Assembly: GCF_006345805.1 (NCBI RefSeq)
Contig: NW_021836582.1
Span: forward strand, 1 to 23,591
Length of the DNA: 23,591 nt
Direction of reading: 5' to 3'
DNA from: Octopus sinensis
Lineage: Eukaryota
Shown: positions 1-11,530 of the stretch, piece after piece
Numbering within the stretch: the stretch's first letter is position 1
Layout: each line of letters starts with the position of its first letter
The notes under the pieces: model-generated
Told to the model about the DNA's origin: nothing
Database searches by the model: none
Seen by the model: the letters and a program-made list of their open reading frames with translations, nothing else
Made by a program: the position numbers and the translations under genes

Positions 1-13
1 TGCAAGCATTTAA

Positions 14-14
14 G

Positions 15-79
<65 letters not shown>
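14..79. repeat. (CG)n-(CA)n-(TA)n compound microsatellite
   Basis: Read directly from the sequence. Confidence 0.95.
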
Positions 80-81
<2 letters not shown>

Positions 82-339
82 CCTGTATGTATAAGCTGCT
101 CAACCGGCTCTATGTAGCAGGGAAACCTCCTTCAATACATTTCATATTATCGTATTTTTAAACAGTTACCACCTATTTACGTAAGAATAAATAGCTTACT
201 GCTTAATGTACCGAAATTACACCTATTTGAGTTAGTAGCCGTACCTGAGTGATTAATACCCCCAAAGCATCCTCTGTGGGGTCAATGGCTGCACCATAGA
301 GATCAATGAACTCAGTTTGACCGTTTTTGAACTTGTGGT

Positions 340-625
340 ACTATTAAGGTACCATAGCGTTTAATGCACCAATGTACTATGATTGTGTTAGTGGATATAC
401 CACAGTAGTTAAACTGCCAAGGTACTACGTGTTTGGATCAGTGGACGTACCACAGTGATTAAATCGCAAAGGTACTATGTTTGGTTCTATAGGTGTACCA
501 CGGTTCTATAGGCGTACCACCGATGTACCGTGCTTTTTGGTTACTTGTATGTACCATAATGACTAAATTACTAAGGTACTACAAGACCAGACCAATAGTA
601 CTTGATAGTGCAGCAAGGTACCATA
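340..625. repeat. Decayed minisatellite rich in GTAC, about 50-bp period, with a 19-bp tandem duplication
   Basis: gtggatataccacagtagttaaactgccaaggtacta (391) versus gtggacgtaccacagtgattaaatcgcaaaggtacta (441). ggttctatagg(t/c)gtaccac occurs at 483-501 and 502-520. Confidence 0.7.
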
Positions 626-631
626 TATTCG

Positions 632-834
632 TCTCAAATTTTGGCACAAGGCCAGGAATTTCAGGGGTAAGTTGATTACATCGACCCCAGTGTTCATTTG
701 GTATTTATTTTACCGACCTCGAAAGAATGAAAGGCGAGGTCGAACTCGATGGAATTTGAACTCAGAACGTTAAGACGGACGAAATGCTGCTAAGCATTTT
801 GCCCGGGTGCTAACGATTCTGCCAGCTCGCAGCC
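632..834 (-). mobile_element. tRNA-derived SINE, family A
   Basis: The minus strand reads ggctgcgagctggcagaatcgttagc (A box), gagttcaaattcc (B box), cctttcattctttcgaggtcggtaaaata, then ggccttgtgccaaaa. Many homologous copies occur in the window. Confidence 0.85.
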
Positions 835-1257
835 ATAACGAGGTACTATATATTAATATCTGTAGGGTTTGATATTGAGTTGGTATTGCAAACCACATTA
901 TGGTAACACTTGGTTTAGCACAGTTGTTTAGACAGGGAGATAGCAATGTTTGAGACAAAGCAGTAACCTAATTGCTGAGGCACCCAGGTACTAGATAGTC
1001 AATGAGCTAGAACAATGCACCAGGGACCAAATATGAATACTCAAGGACATCGTCTGTATCATATTAACACAAGCTACTCACGTTAAGAAGGGGTCGCGAT
1101 AGTCAAGTAACTAGAGTAATAAACAACTCACTGAAAGGTCAGCAGTTCGTATCGTCAAATGGTACGACCCATGAAGTTCGATATATAATAAATTCCACAA
1201 TTGTTAAATTATCAAGCGTACAACAAGATCTTATATTCTCTCATGTGTATGTGTTTG

Positions 1258-1412
1258 TATACGACGGATTTCTTTCAGTTTCCGTCTACCAAATATACTC
1301 ACAAGGGTTTGGTCAGTCCAAGGTTATAGTAGAAGACACTTACCCAGAGTGTCGCACAGTGAGACTGAACCCGAATCCATGTGACTGGCAGCAAACTTCT
1401 TACCACGCACCC
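1258..1412 (-). mobile_element. tRNA-derived SINE, family C, head portion
   Basis: Homologous to 12675-12830, 20347-20502 and 21772-21929 (ttctttcagtttccgtctaccaaat...gtagaagacact). Confidence 0.8.
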
Positions 1413-1655
1413 ACGTCACACGTCCCACGCACCCACGTCAGCGCCTGTTTTTTAAAAAATCCAAAATATCAGGAGAGTATGATCCTTACTAAATGCCGGG
1501 TGATCGTGTATAGAACACTGATCAAACGTTCCTTTTATCGTCGACTACTTCGCCATGTCCTCAGTAACGTTGATCAAAGTAAGGTGCAACATACGAAGCG
1601 TAATGACAACTACACAGTTGTCTGTAGATTTTGATACTATGATCCATGTTAGAAA

Positions 1656-1845
1656 GGCAGCGAGCAGGTAGAATCGTTAGCACACCGGGCAAAATGTTTT
1701 GCAACATTATGTTCTGAGTTCAAACTCCGCCGAGGTCAGCTTTGCCATTCATCCTTTCGGGGTCGATAAAATAAATACTAGTTACGCACTGGGGTCGATA
1801 TAATCGACTAGACCCTCCCCCAAAATTTCAGGCCTTGTGCATTTA
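1656..1845 (+). mobile_element. SINE family A
   Basis: ggcagcgagcaggtagaatcgttagc, gagttcaaactccgccgaggtc, catcctttcggggtcgataaa, ggccttgtgc. Confidence 0.85.
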
Positions 1846-2051
1846 ACAGAATTAGAGCCTGGATATAATGTCTCATTATACGTAACACAGCAAACTTTCA
1901 TTTTATATTGCAAAGTGCACTGCACTCAACGTATCTCAGTTGCAATAAAGCAAATATTAAGGATGTCTGATGATGCACTCACGAAACGTTGATGTAAACG
2001 AAAAAATATTAGACAGAATTTGCACACAATTCATATATAGCAATATGCACC

Positions 2052-2340
2052 AGCGGAGAGCTGGTTGGATCTTACCGCTCAGGTAAAATGGTTGGCGTTG
2101 TTTTGTTCGTCTTTACATTCGGAGTTCAAATTCCACCGAGATTGACCTTACCTTTCATCCTTTTGGGGTCGATTAAATTACGTACCAGTTGAGAACAAAC
2201 GTCGATAAAGTCGACTGATCCTAATTCCACCGAGATTGACCTTACCTTTCATCCTTTCGGGGTCGATTAAATTACGTACCAGTTGAGAACGAACGTCGAT
2301 AAAGTCGACTGATCCTCTCCCACGAAACTGGCCGTGCAAG
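2052..2340 (+). mobile_element. SINE family A with an internal 94-bp tandem duplication
   Basis: B box gagttcaaattcc is present. 2129-2222 is repeated at 2223-2316 with two substitutions. Confidence 0.8.
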
Positions 2341-2807
2341 CTGGATTAGAATTCATAAGCATTATCTTTGGTCTTTTACGATGGTATTTTAAGTCCCACA
2401 TCTCGGAATCATGAGAAGAATTCAAATTGTGGAGCATCACATTGGAACATCTCTTACCTAACCAGTTTTCATCATCCCTTTTCAGCCATATCCAATAGCT
2501 GGCCTTCTCAGTTATTGACCCGATGTCTTTCAAACTGGCGTTAGCTTAACAATGAAATGCTCGATTGATAACAGACAGTCTTTAAGTCTGGTCCTTACAA
2601 AATCTCTACATCCAGTGCTTTATTCGTTATAGTTTACCGCTCCTAGCTTCTGCAAACAACTTCTTGGTAAGATGAAGATAGTATCGTCAACCAGCAAAAT
2701 GTGTTGCAAATGGAGCAGACATATAGAATTGAAGGCATTGAGCATTATGTAATGTTAGCGTGTGTGAGTGTATGTATGTATATATATATATACATATATG
2801 TGTGTGT

Positions 2808-3028
2808 TCACTCAGCTGTAGAAATGAGTTGCGACGTCACAGGTGCCAAGCTGTATCGACCTTTGTCTTTCCCTTGGATAACACTGGTGGCGTGGGGAGG
2901 GGAGGCCGGTATGCATGGGCGACTACTGGTCTTCCATAAAACAACCTTGCCCAGACTTGTGCCTCAGAGGGTAACTCTCTAGGTGCAAACCCATGGTCAC
3001 TCATGACCGAAGGGGGTCTTTACCCTTT
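2808..3028 (+). mobile_element. Probable interspersed repeat (SINE 3' body-like)
   Basis: GC-richer block between microsatellites that ends in a short tail (ctttacccttta). Only one copy is in the window, so the call rests on recognition. Confidence 0.4.
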
Positions 3029-3029
3029 A

Positions 3030-3042
3030 TATGTGTGTGTGT

Positions 3043-3091
<49 letters not shown>
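3030..3091. repeat. (TG)n microsatellite
   Basis: Read directly from the sequence. Confidence 0.95.
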
Positions 3092-3093
<2 letters not shown>

Positions 3094-3388
3094 AGGCGCA
3101 ATGGCCCAGTGGCTAGGGCAGCGGACTCGCGGTTGTAGGACCGCGGTTTCGATTCCCAGATCGGGCGTCGTGAGTGTTTATTGAGCGAAAACACCTAAAG
3201 CTCCACGAGGCTCCGGCAGGGTGGTGGCGGCGATCCCTGCTGTACTCTTTCGCCACAACTTTCTCTCACTCTTTCTTCTGTTGGCCTGCTCGCTTTGCCA
3301 GCGAGGTGGCGTCATTTGAAGGCTAAAACAATGCAAAGCGCATTGTGACCAGCGATGTGTAGAACATCTGATAGCTTGGTCGGTCACG

Positions 3389-3392
<4 letters not shown>
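3092..3392 (+). mobile_element. tRNA-derived SINE, family B (about 300 bp, apparently full length)
   Basis: ggaggcgcaatggcccagtggctagg (A box) and ggtttcgattccc (B box). A close homologue lies on the minus strand at 22038-22337. Confidence 0.9.
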
Positions 3393-3420
<28 letters not shown>

Positions 3421-3426
3421 CGTGTG

Positions 3427-3556
3427 TGTGTGGTAAGAAGTCCACTTCCCAACCACATGGTTCCAAGTTCAGTCCCACTTCGTGGCACCTTAAGCGAGTG
3501 TCTGCTACTATACTCTCGGGCCGGCCAAAGACTTTTGAGTGGATTTGGTAGACAAA
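3427..3556 (+). mobile_element. SINE family C head
   Basis: gtgtggtaag, ccacatggttccaagttcagtcccac, gagtggatttggtagac. Confidence 0.8.
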
Positions 3557-3679
3557 AATGATTCAAGGACCGAGACTTCCGTGACTGATAAATCACATGC
3601 ACGAAACATTAGGACTCTGATTCGCTTTTGCTCGTTTTCAGTCGATAAATTTACATATATAAATACACACGGACATACA

Positions 3680-3809
3680 TCCATATACATACATACATAC
3701 ATACATACATACATACACACATACACTCACACATTTATTATAACTCTTCCCAACATTCCTTTAATGAGTTCATATCTGCTGCTTGCTCCACCTGTTTTGC
3801 TTCTGCTGC

Positions 3810-3870
<61 letters not shown>

Positions 3871-3877
3871 CTTACAT

Positions 3878-3945
<68 letters not shown>
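3680..3945. repeat. (CATA)n, (TATC)n and (TA)n microsatellites
   Basis: Read directly from the sequence. The (TA)n at about 3876-3945 abuts the large array. Confidence 0.95.
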
Positions 3946-3947
<2 letters not shown>

Positions 3948-3950
3948 TAT

Positions 3951-4860
3951 TTATAATTTCAACATTGAGGGCAAAATTAATTAATTATTAATCAATTTCA
4001 CCAAGTGTTCAGTATGCAAAGGGACCATTCAAGGCGAATTCAAATTATTACATTATATAAAAGGGCTTAGTAAAATAAATTACTTTGCCGCATACTGAAC
4101 TCATTAGAAATAGCAGCTAAAAAACTTTTTTAAGGCTATTTCTAATACTTAAAGAAAATCTCTCTCATATATAGTGTTTGCATAATTAACTCACAAAAGT
4201 TTGGGGGTAATGACATCGAAAAATCAAATGCTAAGGTTATTCGAGAACGTACGTTTCAAGATTAGTCAAAACAACATTTCTATCATCGGCTCGGAAATTC
4301 CTTGGTTTGGATTTGGAAACACTGAAAATAAGAACATACCCTCTCGAAGATCTGCTCCAACTAACAGTGTCAACAATTCAAAATAAGCAAGCGAAGAATC
4401 TCTGTTCTCCCCTTTCCACCAGCGTGGGTTAAAATCATCAACTCTATGCTTATTTCGGTAAAGTCCGAAGCATTAATCAGAGGGAGATTAATTATAATTT
4501 CAACAATTGAGGGCAAAATTAATTAATTATTAATCAATTTCACCAAGTGTTCAGTATGCAAAGGGACCATTCAAGGCGAATTCAAATTATTACATTATAT
4601 AAAAGGGCTTAGTAAAATAAATTACTTTGCCGCATACTGAACTCATTAGAAATAGCAGCTAAAAAACTTTTTTAAGGCTATTTCTAATACTTAAAGAAAA
4701 TCTCTCTCATATATAGTGTGTTGCATAATTTAACTCACAAAAGTTTGGGGGTAATGACATCGAAAAATCAAATGCTAAGGTTATTCGAGAACGTACGTTT
4801 CAAGATTAGTCAAAACAACATTTCTATCATCGGCTCGGAAATTCCTTGGTTTGGATTTGG
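3951..4860 (-). repeat. Inverted arm of the 545-bp tandem array (about 1.7 units)
   Basis: Reverse complement of the unit found at 4861-10001. Confidence 0.95.
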
Positions 4861-7800
4861 ATGATAGAAATGTTGTTTTGACTAATCTTGAAACGTAACG
4901 TTCTCGAATAACGACCTTAGCATTTGATTTTTCGATGTCATTACCCCCAACTTTTGTGAGTTAAATTATGCAAACACTATATATGAGAGAGATTTTCTTT
5001 AAGTATTAGATAGCCTTAAAAAAGTTTTTTAGCTGCTATTTCTAATGAGTTCAGTATGCGGCAAAGTAATTTATTTTACTAAGCCCTTTTATATAATGTA
5101 ATAATTTGAATTCGCCTTGAATGGTCCCTTTGCATACTGAACACTTGGTGAAATTGATTAATGATTAATTAATTTTGCCCTCAATTGTTGAAATTATAAT
5201 TAATCTCCCTCTGATTAATGCTTCGGACTTTACCGAAATAAGCATAGAGTTTGATGATTTTAACCCACGCTGGTGGAAAGGGGAGAACAGATTCTTCGCT
5301 TGCTTATTTTGAATTTGTTGACACTGTTAGTTGGGAGCAGATCTTCGAGAGGGTATGTTCTTATTTTCAGTGTTTCCAAATCCAAACCAAGGAATTTCCG
5401 AGCCGATGATAGAAATGTTGTTTTGACTAATCTTGAAACGTACGTTCTCGAATAACCTTAGCATTTGATTTTTCGATGTCATTACCCCCAAACTTTTGTG
5501 AGTTAAATTATGCAAACACTATATATGAGAGAGATTTTCTTAAGTATTAGAAATAGCCTTAAAAAAGTTTTTTAGCTGCTATTTCTAATGAGTTCAATAT
5601 GCGGCAAAGTAATTTATTTTACTAAGCCCTTTTATCATGTAATAATTTGAATTCGCCTTGAATGGTCCCTTTGCATACTGAACACTTGGTGAAATTGATT
5701 AATAATTAATTAATTTTGCCCTCAATTGTTGAAATTATAATTAATCTCCCTCTGATTAATGCTTCGGACTTTACCGAAATAAGCATAGAGTTTGATGATT
5801 TTAACCCACGCTGGTGGAAAGGGGAGAACAGAGATTCTTCGCTTGCTTATTTTGAATTTGTTGACACTGTTAGTTGGGAGCAGATCTTCGAGAGGGTATG
5901 TTCTTATTTTCAGTGTTTCCAAATCCAAACCAAGGAATTTCCGAGCCGATGATAGAAATGTTGTTTTGACTAATCTTGAAACGTACGTTCGTTCTCGAAT
6001 AACCTTAGCATTTGATTTTTCGATGTCATTACCCCCAAACTTTTGTGAGTTAAATTATGCAAACACTATATATGAGAGAGATTTTCTTTAAGTATTAGAA
6101 ATAGCCTTAAAAAAGTTTTTTAGCTGCTATTTCTAATGAGTTCAGTATGCGGCAAAGTAATTTATTTTACTAAGCCCTTTTATATAATGTAATAATTTGA
6201 ATTCGCCTTGAATGGTCCCTTTGCATACTGAACACTTGGTGAAATTGATTAATAATTAATTAATTTTGCCCTCAATTGTTGAAATTATAATTAATCTCCT
6301 CTGATTAATGCTTCGGACTTTACCGAAATAAGCATAGAGTTTGATGATTTTAACCCACGCTGGTGGAAAGGGGAGAACAGAGATTCTTCGCTTGCTTATT
6401 TTGAATTGTTGACACTGTTAGTTGGGAGCAGATCTTCGAGAGGGTATGTTCTTATTTTCAGTGTTTCCAAATCCAAACCAAGGAATTTCCGAGCCGATGA
6501 TAGAAATGTTGTTTTGACTAATCTTGAAACGTACGTTCTCGAATAACCTTAGCATTTGATTTTTCGATGTCATTACCCCCAAACTTTTGTGAGTTAAATT
6601 ATGCAAACACTATATGAGAGAGATTTTCTTTAAGTATTAGAAATAGCCTTAAAAAAGTTTTTTAGCTGCTATTTCTAATGAGTTCAGTATGCGGCAAAGT
6701 AATTTATTTTACTAAGCCCTTTTATATAATGTAATAATTTGAATTCGCCTTGAATGGTCCCTTTGCATACTGAACACTTGGTGAAATTGATTAATAATTA
6801 ATTAATTTTGCCCTCAATTGTTGAAATTATAATTAATCTTCCTCTGATTAATGCTTCGGACTTTACCGAATAAGCATAGAGTTTGATGATTTTAACCCAC
6901 GCTGGTGGAAAGGGGAGAACAGAGATTCTTCGCTTGCTTATTTTGAATTTGTTGACACTGTTAGTTGGGAGCAGATCTTCGAGAGGGTATGTTCTTATTT
7001 TCAGTGTTTCCAAATCCAAACCAAGGAATTTCCGAGCCGATGATAGAAATGTTGTTTTGACTAATCTTGAAACGTACGTTCTCGAATAACCTTAGCATTT
7101 GATTTTTCGATGTCATTACCCCCAAACTTTTGTGAGTTAAATTATGCAAACACTATATATGAGAGAGATTTTCTTTAAGTATTAGAAATAGCCTTAAAAA
7201 AGTTTTTTAGCTGCTATTTCTAATGAGTTCAGTATGCGGCAAAGTAATTTATTTTACTAAGCCCTTTTATATAATGTAATAATTTGAATTCGCCTTGAAT
7301 GGTCCCTTTGCATACTGAACACTTGGTGAAATTGATTAATAATTAATTAATTTTGCCCTCAATTGTTGAAATTATAATTAATCTCCCTCTGATTAATGCT
7401 TCGGACTTTACCGAAATAAGCATAGAGTTTGATGATTTTAACCCACGCTGGTGGAAAGGGGAGAACAGAGATTCTTCGCTTGCTTTTTTGAATTTGTTGA
7501 CACTGTTAGTTGGGAGCAGATCTTCGAGAGGGTATGTTCTTATTTTCAGTGTTTCCAAATCCAAACCAAGGAATTTCCGAGCCGATGATAGAAATGTTGT
7601 TTTGACTAATCTTGAAACGTACGTTCTCGAATAACCTTAGCATTTGATTTTTCGATGTCATTACCCCCAAACTTTTGTGAGTTAAATTATGCAAACACTA
7701 TATATGAGAGAGATTTTCTTTAAGTATTAGAAATAGCCTTAAAAAAGTTTTTTAGCTGCTATTTCTAATGAGTTCAGTATGCGGCAAAGTATTTATTTTA

Positions 7801-10001
7801 CTAAGCCCTTTTATATAATGTAATAATTTGAATTCGCCTTGAATGGTCCCTTTGCATACTGAACACTTGGTGAAATTGATTAATAATTAATTAATTTTGC
7901 CCTCAATTGTTGAAATTATAATTAATCTCCCTCTGATTAATGCTTCGCTTCGACTTTACCGAAATAAGCATAGAGTTTGATGATTTTAACCCACGCTGGT
8001 GGAAAGGGAGAACAGAGATTCTTCGCTTGCTTATTTTGAATTTGTTGACACTGTTAGTTGGGAGCAGATCTTCGAGAGGGTATGTTCTTATTTTCAGTGT
8101 TTCCAAATCCAAACCAGGAATTTCCGAGCCGATGATAGAAATGTTGTTTTGACTAATCTTGAAACGTACGTTCTCGAATAACCTTAGCATTTGATTTTTC
8201 GATGTCATTACCCCCAAACTTTTGTGAGTTAAATTATGCAAACACTATATATGAGAGAGATTTTTCTTTAGTATTAGAAATAGCCTTAAAAAGTTTTTTA
8301 GCTGCTATTTCTAATGAGTTCAGTATGCGGCAAAGTAATTTATTTTACTAAGCCCTTTTATATAATGTAATAATTTGAATTCGCCTTGAATGGTCCCTTT
8401 GCATACTGAACACTTGGTGAAATTGATTAATAATTAATTAATTTTGCCCTCAATTGTTGAAATATAATTATCTCCCTCTGATTAATGCTTCGGACTTTAC
8501 CGAAATAAGCATAGAGTTTGATGATTTTAACCCACGCTGGTGGAAAGGGGAGAACAGAGATTCTTCGCTTGCTTATTTTGAATTTGTTGACACTGTTAGT
8601 TGGGAGCAGATCTTCGAGAGGGTATGTTCTTATTTCCAGTGTTTCCAAATCCAAACCAAGGAATTTCCGAGCCGATGATAGAAATGTTGTTTTGACTAAT
8701 CTTGAAACGTACGTTCTCGAATAACCTTAGCATTTGATTTTTCGATGTCATTACCCCCAAACTTTTGTGAGTTAATTATGCAAACACTATATATGAGAGA
8801 GATTTTCTTTAAGTATTAGAAATAGCCTTAAAAAGTTTTTTAGCTGCTATTTCTAATGAGTTCAGTATGCGGCAAAGTAATTTATTTTACTAAGCCCTTT
8901 TATATAATGTAATAATTTGAATTCGCCTTGAATGGTCCCTTTGCATACTGAACACTTGGTGAAATTGATTAATAATTAATTAATTTTGCCCTCAATTGTT
9001 GAAATTATAATTAATCTCCCTCTGATTAATGCTTCGGACTTTACCGAAATAAGCATAGAGTTTGATGATTTTAACCCACGCTGGTGGAAAGGGGAGAACA
9101 GAGATTCTTCGCTTGCTTATTTTGAATTTGTTGACACTGTTAGTTGGGAGCAGATCTTCGAGAGGGTATGTTCTTATTTTCAGTGTTTCCAAATCCAAAC
9201 CAAGGAATTTCCGAGCCGATGATAGAAATGTTGTTTTGACTAATCTTGAAACGTACGTTCTCGAATAACCTTAGCATTTGATTTTTCGATGTCATTACCC
9301 CCAAACTTTTGTGAGTTAAATTATGCAAACACTATATATGAGAGAGATTTTCTTTAAGTATTAGAAATAGCCTTAAAAAAGTTTTTTAGCTGCTATTTCT
9401 AATGAGTTCAGTATGCGGCAAAGTAATTTATTTTACTAAGCCCTTTTATATAATGTAATAATTTGAATTCGCCTTGAATGGTCCCTTTGCATACTGAACA
9501 CTTGGTGAAATTGATTAATAATTAATTAATTTTGCCCTCAATTGTTGAAATTATAATTAATCTCCCTCTGATTAATGCTTCGGACTTTACCGAAATAAGC
9601 ATAGAGTTTATGATTTTTTAACCCACGCTGGTGGAAAGGGGAGACAAAAGAGATTCTCGCTTGCTTATTTTGAATTTGTTGACACTGTTAGTTGGGAGCA
9701 GATCTTCGAGAGGGTATGTTCTTATTTTCAGTGTTTCCAAATCCAACCAAGGAATTTCCGAGCCGATGATAGAAATGTTGTTTTGACTAATCTTGAAACG
9801 TACGTTCTCGAATAACCTTAGCATTTGATTTTTCGATGTCATTACCCCCAAACTTTTGTGAGTTAAATTATGCAAACACTATATATGAGAGAGATTTTCT
9901 TTAAGTATTAGAAATAGCCTTAAAAAAGTTTTTTAGCTGCTATTTCTAATGAGTTCAGTATGCGGCAAAGTAATTTATTTTACTAAGCCCTTTTATATAA
10001 T
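4861..10001 (+). repeat. Tandem array, about 545-bp unit, about 9.4 units; candidate retrozyme-like element
   Basis: The marker ttttgccctcaattg recurs at 5173, 5714, 6264, 6806, 7351, 7895, 8442, 8984 and 9530 (periods 541-550 bp). Units are nearly identical apart from small indels. Confidence 0.97.
5389..5459 (+). ncRNA. Variant type I hammerhead-like motif (representative copy; recurs in each intact unit)
   Basis: Stem I UUC(C)GAG/CUCGAA plus AAGG/CCUU, core CCGAUGA, weak stem II, GAAA, C-GUAC-G stem III, GUU triplet. It deviates at U4C, a U.U pair at 10.1-11.1 and H17=U. Confidence 0.5.
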
Positions 10002-10107
10002 ATATATATTTATATATATATATATGCGTCTGTGTGTGTGTGTGTGTGTGTGTGTGTTTGAATGTATGTATGTAAGTGTGTATATATATGATATATATGT
10101 ATGCATG

Positions 10108-10144
<37 letters not shown>

Positions 10145-10324
10145 TTTTCTGAGATTGATCAAAATGATGTAGACAACCAAAAAAAGGTTCGATAATCTAT
10201 TAAGGCTGTTCATCAGTTTTTTCAAGCTAGAAATAGTCAACTTTGCCCTGTCCACTACACACACACACACACACATGATATTATATATATACATATACAT
10301 ACATACATACATACATACATACAT

Positions 10325-10390
<66 letters not shown>
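10001..10390. repeat. Compound (TA)n/(TG)n/(CATA)n/(CA)n microsatellites around a short unique island
   Basis: Read directly from the sequence. Confidence 0.9.
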
Positions 10391-10669
10391 CACGATTCGC
10401 ACATAGAAAAGAGGAAGTCGGAATAAAAATCGATAGGAAGGAGGTGACATTTTTTGACCACATTAAGTGCGTAGACATTAATAAAAGAAAAATCTAAACC
10501 AAACTAAAATAAAATAAAACACACAAATATCTTTACAGGTAAACAAGCGAAAGCGATTGAGGCCTCTCACATCAATGCTCAGTGAAGCGCTAAGTGCGTG
10601 ACACGAAACCAAGAACGCAGGTGAGCTGAATGTATTGAATGCAACCTTCCGTTGGCATACACGATGCCG

Positions 10670-10780
10670 TTGTTGCTGTGGGGTTTTGTTCTTGTTGTGG
10701 GTTTTTGTTGTTGTTGTGGGGTTTGTTGTTGTTACTGTTGTTGTTGTTGTTGTCGTGGGTGTGGTGATGGTTGTTATTGT
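10670..10780. repeat. Imperfect (GTT)n tract
   Basis: Read directly from the sequence. Confidence 0.85.
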
Positions 10781-10916
10781 TAAGTTTGCCTTGTTAAACT
10801 GCAACCAGGCGTCGGTCTGTTATGTGTAAACAGAAAAAAACTTTACATTTTGCAAGGCTGCACACGAAGACAAAAAAAAAAACGCAAGTGACCTGGTCGC
10901 GTGCACTTTTCGCTGT

Positions 10917-10959
<43 letters not shown>

Positions 10960-10961
10960 AC

Positions 10962-10991
<30 letters not shown>
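10917..10991. repeat. (CA)n microsatellite
   Basis: Read directly from the sequence. Confidence 0.95.
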
Positions 10992-10996
<5 letters not shown>

Positions 10997-11219
10997 CAAG
11001 GCGTCTCAAACTTCACCCGCGAACGAACCGTTATAAAAAAAAAAAACTATGCAACAGCTGCGACCTATCAAAGTGCACAAAAATTGTTGCATTACGTGTT
11101 GCAGTCAACCCTAATAAGGGCAAGTCTAAGTTCACTGCAGCTGATGCCAGACACGTCATCGGTTGCAGCAAACTTTGTTTACTGCAGTATATATGCACCT
11201 AAACACAGAAGATACGTGA

Positions 11220-11484
11220 TCACACACAAATACACACACACATGTATGCATGTATAGGTATATATATACATATGTATGTATATATGTATGCATTTATGTA
11301 TGATTATATACATATATGTACGTGTGTATATATATACATATGCACACAAACATATAAATACATACATGCTCATATGTGTGTGTGAATGTGAGTTCCGTGT
11401 GGTTGTGCACGTGTATGCACGCACACACGCATATATCTGCTTCTCTCTCTCTCTCTCTTGCTTTCTCTCCTCTCTCTCTTGCTT

Positions 11485-11530
<46 letters not shown>

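Noticed and set aside
3092-3170. SINE heads as true tRNA genes
   Set aside because: A and B boxes are present, but the cloverleaf is not intact and each head continues into a conserved SINE body.
4201-9875. Recurrent 60-112 aa ORFs in the 545-bp array (MHNLTHKS..., MPSIVEII..., MDLETLK...)
   Set aside because: They are short, overlap on both strands, shift frame between units and show no recognisable domain such as GIY-YIG or RT. They recur only because the DNA repeats.
3951-10001. CRISPR array, rDNA or 5S/tRNA gene cluster as an explanation for the array
   Set aside because: Whole units are near-identical with no unique spacers. I found no rRNA, tRNA or Pol III box similarity.
10170-10225. 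Minus-strand CTGATGA...CGAAC as a hammerhead
   Set aside because: It has GAAC instead of GAAA, and neither stem I nor stem II pairs.
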